NCBI RefSeq assembly: GCF_018350175.1
Contig: NC_058368.1
Coordinates: 203,176,001-203,240,000 of the forward strand
From: Felis catus
Taxonomy: Eukaryota
Length of the DNA: 64,000 nt
Direction of reading: 5' to 3'
Under the pieces are notes generated by a model. It ran no database searches. It saw only the letters and a program-made list of their open reading frames with translations, and was not told where the DNA came from. Shown here one piece after another: positions 27,467-37,489 of this stretch (the stretch's first letter is position 1; each line of letters begins with the position of its first letter). Made by a program: the position numbers and the translations under genes.

Positions 27467-29029
27467 TATTTTCTTATTTGATATACACATATAGCATTAT
27501 AAATTTGCCATTAAGTAAATTGGCAAACAGGTCTCAAACCTAAGACTATAAGGAACAAAAGCTCTTCCAGAGTTCTGAGATTAGTGAAAATTTCTTTGAA
27601 CTTCATGTTTTCTCTTAAAATATATATGGCTTTTTTACATTCTACTCCATGTGTTTTAATATAAATATAATTTTTCTTGGGGTATTAAAGCAAAGACAGT
27701 TGACGACTGCAGAGGGAAGACGGATTATGTTTAGTTAGTGGTTGCTTCCTGCAGCATCTTCATGTATCCAGGAGTAAACGTGTTCAGAATAACTTTATCC
27801 CACTAGCTTTGTATGCACTTTACTACATTGTTGTCTAGTTAGAGTTATATTTTTACATTAATATAATGCTCTCTTGGTCAAAGAAATTAGTTAAGCACAG
27901 AAAACGTACAAATATCTAGATTATATAAAAATATCTGACTAAAAAAGGAAAGGGAAGTAAGACAGCTTTCATTTTTAGATTGTGATATAGCTCTGGGAGT
28001 GTTTGATTATATATTGAATATTCTGTCCAGGCAAGTTAATAGCAACTCTATAGTTATTTAGGGATACACTTTTATTTCCCAATGATTACATGCTCCTGGT
28101 TAAAAACTGTATTAATACCTTTTAGATGTATTGTGGTGTGAATAGAGTTCATGACCTATATAATGCTGACTTTTAAATTTCCCGAGACTTTCTATAATCT
28201 AATCAATGATTTTGTATACAAGTTCTATCACATTTTTAAAAATCTGTTTTTTTTCTAAGTTACCAAATTTTAAGTCAGCTTTACTAATTATTCCTTATTT
28301 TTAGTTACTACAGCTTAAGATTTACATTAACATTTCATATACTGATTACAAGTTGCAACATATAATGACCTTTTAATACTGGAATTTGTTTTTGCCTTGA
28401 ATTGTTTGAAATTAATACTGCTAACTCTGCCTTATGCTTTATTTTGTCTGATATGACCTTGTGTACTCATTATATTCATTTCGATTCTCCTTCATTGATC
28501 CCTAGTATCATTTGCTCATCAATTGCAGTACATTTTCATAAACTTATTTTGTAAGTGACGTGGGTGTTCCGACATTTTTTTCAATTGTTCTGCATTATCT
28601 AGATCTAGGCTGGTCCTAGATTTCTTCTGCTGTGACTTTCCTCTGGAAGTCTGTAACATTGCTGCATTGTTTCCTAATGTTCAGAGCTATGCAGAAGTCT
28701 GAGACCTGTTAAGACTTTTTTTCTTGATAAATAATTTTTGTTTTCCCCAACTGCTTTTAGGCCACATCCAACTTGCGTAAATCAAGCTACTACCTATTTC
28801 CCAAGTACGTCCTGAAGCTTTCCATCTTCACTCACAGCTCCATCCACTCACTGACTGTCCCTCTGTTTTTGGAAAATGCCATCTATCAAGAACCAATTTA
28901 AATGCCACTTGCGCTAACACACATTTCCAGGATTCATATTAGTCAGAATTAACCTATCCTTTATCTAAATTTATGCCACTGTTATACAACTGCACCACTG
29001 ACATCTACAGTGTATTGCTGAAGAATATA

Positions 29030-29250
29030 TACCAGAATGGTGATGAGTAGGTTCTGGAGTCTGAGCACCGGGTCTCAGATTTCAACCCTGCCATATTCTA
29101 GTTGTACGATCGAAGTTATTAGGCTCCCTGTGCCTTCTTAACTCATCTGCAAAATGGGAATAGTATCTAGCTCATGGAATGTTTGTGATGATTAAACGAG
29201 CTAGCATGTAAAATATCTAGACCACGCTCTAGAATATACTTAAGTGCTAT
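29030..29250 (+). mobile_element. MIR
   Basis: ttctggagtctga...ccctgcca..ttctagttgt...ccctgtgccttc...ctcatctgcaaaatgggaata...gtgatgattaaacgag core. Confidence 0.75.
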
Positions 29251-29967
29251 GTGAAGTCCTGACATATACATATAGGTATGTATATATGTATGTATTTATG
29301 TTATGTTCTCCATTTGTCAGGAGAAATATCATTACAAGAGAATGAAACAGGTGCTACTATAGAGCTAGAAGTATTCAAAGGATGGAAATGAAACATGAAT
29401 TAAATATAATCAGTTTAGGGAATGCAATGGCATTTCTACTGAATCCAACATATCTTAATTACATAGAATTTTAAAGGCACTTTAGTTTGCACTAGCTCAT
29501 TTAATCCTTAAACTTTGGAAGATAATTTTGTTTTGCAGAAATAAAGGATGGCAACTCAAATTGCTCAAGGTACAGAGTTAGAAAGTGAAAGCTAAGATTA
29601 AGAAAGGTGTCATTGTATTTGGAGCTTGGTAAGGTCGCTTCTCTCTACACATCTGCATTTTTCCATCAGGGGTAAATGGGAATGCAATAGACAGGTTGAA
29701 CGGACAGGACCCCGGGCAGAGAACAGTATTCCAAGGTTTGGAAACTGCTTAAATAAACAAATGGTGGTGTGTAATTACATGGCTTTCTGGGTAAACTGAA
29801 ACTAACATAGCACACTGCCTTGCAAAGGAAGCTCTTGGCTGAATTGAATGCCATTGTTCAAATGTTATTCCTTTAGTTTAGCAATCATTTGTGGCAAATA
29901 ATCCCCAGGCTTCTGGCTGAGGAATCTATCAATGTAACTGTGGTCTCCATCTTGAAAGAAAGATAAC

Positions 29968-30095
29968 AAGAGAGGGAGGGTGAGAGGCAGGAAGGGAGGA
30001 AGGAAGGAAGGAAGGAAGGAAGGAAGGAAGGAAGGAAGGAAGGAAGGAGAGGAGGAAGGAATGAAGGGAGGAAAGGAGGAGGGAGGGAGGGTGGG
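29968..30095. repeat. (GGAA)n polypurine microsatellite
   Basis: Run of ggaa units about 0.8 kb downstream of the MRPS30 stop. Confidence 0.95.
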
Positions 30096-30796
30096 AACAG
30101 AGATTTTCATATGACTACAGTACGTAATGGGGTTTTTTAAATACTCATAACAGGAGGTTATATAAAATAAAAAGCAGCATGACTATACAAAGGTAATTCT
30201 TTTTTCCTCACTAAAATGTTTCAAATGAATCTAATTCTCAGCAAAGTTAACAATTTTATCAACTGACAACTGATTTTGAAACATAATCTTTGGGATGGGG
30301 CAAATTACATAAACAGAAATATATTAACATTACTTCTTAGTGCTAAGAACCTAAATTCCACATATTTCATCAGCTATATTATTAACCATCTGTGAAATTG
30401 TGGAAAATTCACTTAACTCCCCTGGGCCTCAGTTTCCTATCCTTGCAAAATGCTGTTCAGTTTGAGTAGGACTCTGAAACTATCATGCTATTAATGAAAA
30501 AAAGAAAAACAAAAAAAGAAAACTATAACACATCTACATACTCAAGCTTTTGAGTTACTGCCCTTAAAATACTTTCAAAATAACATGTAATTAATACCAG
30601 AGATTGAAGATAGCTCAGTCTCATCAGTTAGTCATATATGAATAAAATTACCTTAAAATCAACATACTATATTTCAAATGAAATCTTTCAGTGTGTACTC
30701 TGAGCAGAATGAGAGGTCTAATCACAGGTTAACATATGAAATATTTGTCTCAAAATAATGCACTTGACAGTTACAGGTCTCGTCATTAAAATTCCT

Positions 30797-30802
30797 TTTA
30801 TT
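30797..30802 (-). promoter_or_regulatory. Candidate polyadenylation signal AATAAA of MRPS30
   Basis: tttatt on the plus strand, about 54 nt downstream of the stop codon. Confidence 0.55.
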
Positions 30803-30855
30803 TTTCCTCCAGTGAAATTTAAGTATCCCCAAAGTCCTGAATCAATGATTTCTTC

Positions 30856-31158
<303 letters not shown>

Positions 31159-32034
31159 TTACACTGAAATTTACACATAGAATATATTTTACCAAAACAA
31201 AATATACACATTAAAGGGATCAAAAATACCACCTGAAACCTAGATATTTTATCTACCAAATTCCTGAAGATCTTGAAGTCTTCCTCATCTTCTCCATTCT
31301 AACCCTATATTCTATTTCTGCATCAAAAATTATTTCCTCCCTTCTAACATCCCCAAACTCAGGACACATTCTCAACAACTCGGGCCTTCAACAGCTTTCA
31401 ACCTTAACTCACTTCACCTAAAAAAAGCAGCAAGCTCGATCTATGCCAATGTCCCCTGTATCTGGTACTAACCACGTGCATCATTACTGACTTCAAATAC
31501 GTTCCCATGTTCCCAGCACCAGCAGCACCTGCCATCCAGTAACCACTACGGCCCTTTACTTCAACCAAACCTAAAAAACCTAGCTTCAGACATTCTAAGG
31601 ACTTCAATCATGTCCTTAGACAAATTCTATATCTTCCCTTACATATTTCAAATTTGGTTTTATGAGGTGCCGTCATTTTGTCTTGTGTATCTTGTGTCAT
31701 AAGGTTCCAGGAGGCCTTTGAAGCCTTTACTACTCAAATTTGCTGGCTGCTTCTTGTTCTAGACTGACTGGTTTTAGTACTTAGTGCCAGAGCCAAGCAG
31801 TAGTATTATTTCTTCATACATAGCTTCTATCAGCCTTAATGAAGATAGCCAATGAATAATATTGTTAGTTTTGTAATTAATTACAGGAAAAAAGAAGCAC
31901 TTTATCTTTAATGCATAAACAGTGCCACTCTAATCTATCTTTGAGAAAGATTCCTCTGTTTCTGCTTCTGTCCAATCCTATTCTCATTCTCTCCATTTAA
32001 GTCAACAATTGAGAGTAAAAAATTACAATAAATT

Positions 32035-32208
32035 ATACATATTTACATATCTATCTATATAGATATATAGATATAGATATATCTATATAGATATATCTGT
32101 ATAGATATGTAGATATAGATATATCTATATAGATATATCTGTATAGATGTATAGATATATATAGATATATATATAGATAGATATCTATCTATATAGATAG
32201 GTAGATAT
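32035..32208. repeat. Complex (TA)/(GATA) microsatellite in MRPS30 intron 4
   Basis: atatctatatagatat-type units with a 42-nt higher-order period. Confidence 0.93.
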
Positions 32209-32359
32209 GGAAAAAAGTGAGCTTGGAAATAATAAAATCAGTATTAAAATTCCTCCTGGGAACTCATATAGGATTAATCTGGTTGGTTACATATTACAGT
32301 TTATCACTTCGGGTTTTGTAATAAAGCCCATGCTTCACATTGGGCTCTCAAAGTCCTAA

Positions 32360-32825
32360 GTGATATGGTTGCTGGCTTCCTCTATCTCTTCCTCCATCAT
32401 CCTCCCCCTCCCTTTCTTCATTGTTCTTTAAATACTTCAACTCTGTTCCTACCTCAGAGACTTTTAGTTGTATTCCTTTTGCCTGAAAGTGTCTTTCCCC
32501 CAAGTTTATGCTTAGGTAGCTCCTCAACAGTCAGGTCTTTGTTCAAATGTCATTTTTTGGAGACCTCTCCTGAATTACTCCATTTAAACAGATTCTGTTC
32601 CATATCCCATCTGCACCCCATAAATCATTCTATCCCTTATGTAGTACTTTTCCTCCATAGTATTACCACTAGCTAAAAGTATTACACGTTTATTATCCTT
32701 TACTCTTCTCACTATAGGCTCCTGGACAGCAAGATCTGCCCACCTCAATTCAACACTGTTATCTCCAAGGCCAACGGTGCTTGGTTCATAAAAACCATGC
32801 ATTCACTATTTACTGAATGAATAAA
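32360..32825 (+). mobile_element. L2 3' fragment in intron 4
   Basis: ctgttcctacctcag...caaatgtca...ttcaacactgttatctcca.ggccaacggtgcttggttcata...tactgaatgaat end. Confidence 0.65.
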
Positions 32826-33267
32826 CACCCTCTTAATCCACCACATCCTGGATATAGCCCTCAAAGATATTATATAGGATAGTCGTAATTTAATCTGAAA
32901 TTTAATCCACCAAAGCACTTTCCTTTTCCGGCTTCAGAAAGCTGCTATCATCTACAAAGTTGACTTGGTTGGTTATAGTTATTCACATGCTTGAGAACAT
33001 CAGAATAAAATTCATTCATACAAAACTGGTCAAAGTGAAAGATCAAAATAACTATCTAAATGCCACTTGCCAACTGCAAATGTTAAATATTTAATTATGA
33101 ATTTTAAAACAACTGTATTTTGTTGAAACTGCAAAACCGCAACCAAAGTTTTCAACGTGATAAGATTCAACCTACATCTTAACCCAAAGAAAACAATTTA
33201 AACCGGTAAATTCTTAAAATGTCACAGAAATCTTCCAAGAACGGCAATGGCATAAAATTAGTTTTAC

Positions 33268-33444
33268 CTTGATACATAGCTTGTGCTCCAGTCCAAGCAA
33301 AAAGGCTTGCGATAGCATTGGCTCTAAAAACAACTTCTATCTGATCAGCACAGTTTTGTTTCAAAAGCCTTTCCCTTTTTAATTTGTCAGGTAACAGATG
33401 AAACTGGGTATGACCATAACAGTATGGATCTGCTGTCTTTGAGC
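33268..33444 (-). CDS. MRPS30: MRPS30 coding exon 4
   Basis: Acceptor GCTCTTCAG|GC, donor AAG|GTAAAA; 177 nt encoding (G)[27 protein letters not shown]...[10 protein letters not shown](G). Confidence 0.96.
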
Positions 33445-33470
33445 CTGAAGAGCAAAATAAAAACATTTCA

Positions 33471-33691
33471 TTTTTAAAAAAAATTTTTTTTAAATGTTTA
33501 TTTATTTTTGAAGAAGGGAGAGAGCATGAGAGGGGGAAGAGCAGAGAGAGAGGGAGACACAGAATCAGAAGCAGGCTCCAGGCTCCGAGCTGTCAACGCA
33601 GAGCCCGACGCGGGACTTGAACTCACGAACTGCGAGATCATGACCTGAGCTGAAGTCAGATGTTTAACCAACTGAGCCACCCAGGCGCCCC
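33471..33691 (-). mobile_element. Can-SINE in intron 3 (sense to MRPS30), next to the exon 4 acceptor
   Basis: 17-bp TSD aaaat(a/g)aaaacatttca at 33454-33470 and 33692-33708. Confidence 0.93.
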
Positions 33692-33735
33692 AAAATGAAA
33701 ACATTTCAGATGAAATGTACATGTGAACATCTGCA

Positions 33736-33840
33736 GCACGTCGTTAGTCTTTGCTTCAAACCCACCCTTCTCCTCTACACAGCCTGTCGCACGTCGTTAG
33801 TCTTTGCTTCAAACCCACCCTTCTCCTCTACACAGCCTGT
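33736..33840. repeat. Perfect 52-bp tandem duplication (period 53)
   Basis: gcacgtcgttagtctttgcttcaaacccacccttctcctctacacagcctgt at 33736-33787 and 33789-33840. Confidence 0.95.
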
Positions 33841-34707
33841 GATCACTATTCAAAATACACAATTGGGAACGTTTACTATTTATTTCATGGATTATAATAA
33901 AGTTAAACTTCACGTGAAAGTACAATCTGCTAGCTATCATCAAGCCCACTATGACACAGGGTAAGTCAAGAGAATGTATGTGAAATTTATTTAAAAGTTT
34001 CCTTTATCATTTTAATGTAATAACTACATACTTTGTTCTTATTTTTAAAAAATGACTTTTATATTTCCAAATAGGGAAAAGAATAGCCAATATTTCATAA
34101 AATGCTGATATTCTTGAGTTTAGTAGTAGTCTTTTCAACCAACAGTTCCCATAATTCACTCTAAGACCATAATGACCCAGAGGGAGCAGGTCTGGAGGAC
34201 TAGTATAAAGCTGGTTTCGTAAAACCATCAAATCGACTAGGAATTAATAGACAAAAAGACAGCAAAAGTACAAGCTGCACAAGGACAGATATCAGGCCTT
34301 ATTAACTTTTATATTCTTAATGGTTATCACAGTGTGTGGTACTAACAGAAGGCTTTTATAAAAAAAAAAAAAAAAAAGAAAAACAAGCACTGCCTCAAGT
34401 CTGATTCTATACTGGTTTACTTTTGAAAAAATACGAATTACTTTTTTTACACAATAAATCAACAAAGCCTAATACATGTAGCTATTTTTTAAAGTACTGC
34501 TAATTAAGTAGAAACAAGTAAAATTTTAAATGGTGAGCTGAAAGAATATTTTCTTCTCAATTTTCATGCATACTGCAACAACCTGAGATTATGGATTATA
34601 CTGCTTGTAAACTATGTGAAACCTCTTGGTCATCAAGAATTATGTAAATTTGCATGGGATCCTTTGGACACATTGATGGCACAATATTTCAAAAGGGAAA
34701 CTTACCA

Positions 34708-34934
34708 GGGCACCTGGGTGGCTCAGTCGGTTGAGCATCCGGCTTTGGCTCAGGTCATGATCTCACAGCTCGTGAGTTCAAGCCCCATGTCAGGCTCTGT
34801 GCTGACAGCTCAGAGCCTGGAGCCTGCTTCAGATTCTGTGTCTCCCTCGCTCTCTGCCCCAACCCACTCTCATTCTGTCTCTGTCTCTCTCAAAAATAAA
34901 TAAACATTAAAAAAAGAAAAATTAACAAAAAAGG
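34708..34934 (+). mobile_element. Can-SINE in intron 3 (antisense to MRPS30), next to the exon 3 donor
   Basis: TSD core gggaaacttacca at 34695-34707 and 34935-34947. Confidence 0.93.
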
Positions 34935-34945
34935 GGGAAACTTAC

Positions 34946-35051
34946 CAATAAATATGGTATTTTCATATTGTCGTTTGAATAATGGAAGTTTGTCTGGCTT
35001 ACAATTCATCACAGGGATTTCGACAGGTACATAATAATCCAGCGGCACAAA
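34946..35051 (-). CDS. MRPS30: MRPS30 coding exon 3
   Basis: Not in the ORF track; read manually. Acceptor TTCCTTTAAG|TTT, donor TTG|GTAAGT; 106 nt encoding [35 protein letters not shown](G). Confidence 0.95.
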
Positions 35052-35174
35052 CTTAAAGGAAAGTCATAAATGAATTCACAGAAACACTAGTATGTACACA
35101 TTTTACTCACATTCCTAATAGATTTAAAAATCTTAAAATGAGATTTTTTTTTTTTTTTTTTTACAAAATGATTT

Positions 35175-35385
35175 GGTAACACCACCAAGTGGGCCAAATC
35201 CAGCCAGCCACCTACTTGACAAAGTTTTACTGCAACATAGTCACACACATTAACATATGGTCCATAGCTGCTTTTACAGTATAAGAACTAAGATGAATAG
35301 TTGCAACACAGACTTATGGCCCCCAAAGCCTAAAATATTTACTGTCTGGACCTTTACCAAAAAAATGTGCCAACTTCTGATACAG
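35175..35385 (+). mobile_element. MER58A-like hAT DNA transposon in intron 2
   Basis: gggccaaatccagcc...aaagttttactg.aacatagtcac...atggcccccaaagcctaaaatatttactgtctggaccttta. Confidence 0.75.
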
Positions 35386-35784
35386 ACGCAAAGACAACAT
35401 TCAAAATATACTTATTTTCTCCAAAAGAACTGTAATATATAAAATGACCAGGTTATAATTATAAAAATGCCTTGATTGATGATCAGGCAGTGCAATCTAT
35501 TATAAATTACAATCATAAACTATTTTCAATTGTTTCTGTTTTTATAGTAAGAAAAAGTATGGTCTTGAAAACTGATGCCTTAATCTTATGATTATTTGAC
35601 CTTTAAGGACTAGACATTCCATAACAGGTTAAAAAGCTAAAAAAGAATTTCAGATGAGATGTACTTGCAAGAAACTCAAAAGGGACCCATCCAAAACTTT
35701 TTATCCTACTAAGCCCATTACCTAGGCTGCCTACGACATTTCCTCACCAGATGTCAGTAGACATATAATGCAAAAAATCCTTAC

Positions 35785-35930
35785 CTCTGGGAGTTGTTTG
35801 GACATTCGAATCTGGTTGTGTGGTTTATCATTTATTTGGTATCGCAGAGCATCAACTCGACCTTTCCGATGACCACTAGGAATAATTTCTTCACCACGCA
35901 ACCAGTAAAAGTGAACTGGGCGTTTACAAT
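35785..35930 (-). CDS. MRPS30: MRPS30 coding exon 2
   Basis: Acceptor TTTTGATAG|AT, donor GAG|GTAAGG; 146 nt encoding (D)[17 protein letters not shown]...[10 protein letters not shown]; phase matches exon 1. Confidence 0.96.
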
Positions 35931-36280
35931 CTATCAAAAGATATTCAAAATTTTCTTATCTCATCATTTAGATAAATTTGGTTATTATTAAAATACCAGC
36001 AATACAGAACTCAAGAATAATTGTGTAAATTAAAAATATATCAAAAATTACTCTGATGTAAGATAGAGTCTGGCTTATAGGATGATTTAACTTCAATGAT
36101 CAGGACTTACACTCGAACACTTATTGTCTACTTGTGCGATGCATCACACACTAAACACTGTAATGAAAGAGGTTTCTCCGCTAAGAATAAACAACGAAAG
36201 TAAGACCAACAGGAATATCACTCATGAAAAATAGTAAGTTTTTTTAGTAGTCAGAGCTGTCTTAAAAATTACTAATTCAA

Positions 36281-36512
36281 GGGTCGCCTAGGTGGCTCAG
36301 TCAGTTAAGCATCCGACTTCGCTTCAGGTCATGATTTCACAGCTCAGCTCATGGTTCCAGCCCCATATTGGACTCTTTGCTGACAGCTCAGAGCCTGGAG
36401 CTGGCTTGGGATTCTGTGTCTCCCTCTCTCTAGGCTCTTCCCCCACTCACGCTCTGCCTCTCTCTCAAAAATAAGTAAATGTTAAAAAAAAAATTATATA
36501 AAAATTAAATTA
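36281..36512 (+). mobile_element. Can-SINE in intron 1 (antisense to MRPS30)
   Basis: TSD aaaaattactaattc at 36264 and 36514. Confidence 0.9.
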
Positions 36513-36899
36513 CAAAAATTACTAATTCCATCTTCACAGTAACTCTCAAAGGTATGTATGGTTGTCATCACCTCCATTTTATAGAAGAGGAATTTGGGTC
36601 TTGACGAAGTCAAGCAAGTTTCCCTAGGCCAACAATTAGTCAAAATCGGTGAGGCTTCGCTCAAGACCACTTCTTTCCCAACTGCGAGCGAAGTAAAGTA
36701 GCACGCACGCTACAAAACTCAGCTGAACACACATCTACACTTACAATAATAACATTAATCCAACAGGTATTTATTAAGACACCTACTAGGCGGTAGATAT
36801 AAAATAAACAGGACGTCAGAAACACTGACTTTTAAAACTATCCATTAATTATTTTTCAAGTCTGCACTAAGCAGTTCATAAAAGTTGCTGACTGTTTCC

Positions 36900-37120
36900 T
36901 GGGAGCCCAAAATGGCTAGGTTTGAATTCCGAACTCCAATCTACCAGCTAGAGGCTCTCGACGAGGTTCATTTTACCTTTTTGTACCTCAGGCTGTTTTT
37001 GCCCAATTTATAAAACAATGCTACCTGCCATAAACGGTTATTGTGAGGATTAAATTGGTTGGCACATATAAAATTTAGAACCGGGCCTGGTACACAGTAA
37101 GTACTTAGTAAATGTCAGGT
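36900..37120 (+). mobile_element. MIR in intron 1
   Basis: ggtttgaattcc...tgtacctcag...ggttattgtgaggattaaat...ttagaaccgggcctggtacacagtaagtact. Confidence 0.7.
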
Positions 37121-37489
37121 ATTTTAATCCCTATCACCCTATCACCTTTAACGTTCACAATTTTATGAGGAAGTGAATTGACATAAAGTCAGGGAACGTT
37201 TTGGTGGAAGAGCCAAAAGCCAACTCCAGGTCTGTCCCCCCTCTAAGAGCCCCTTTTCCTAACCAACACTGCTCTTCCGTTTGGCTGGATCTTCACAAAG
37301 CAGAGCCAAGGACTGGAGGCGTGCAAGGTTGTACAGCTAGTAGGTGGCAGCACCCGCCCGAGAACCCACCCAGTCTCCAGACTGCTAGTTCAGTACTATT
37401 AAACCTGGTGGCGCCCAGCAAGGCGCGAAATGACTAGGAAAAAAAAAAAAAAAAAAAAAAAAGACAACGCAGAGAGAAAGACATGAACA

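Noticed and set aside
31380..31610. C-rich, G-poor intron 4 stretch resembling a numt
   Set aside because: I could not recognise any mitochondrial gene or reading frame; BLAST against the mitogenome would settle it.
34706..34889. Antisense SINE as an independent cassette exon using its own AG
   Set aside because: The upstream intron would be only about 57-71 nt, at or below the usual minimum. Exon extension is the more plausible route.
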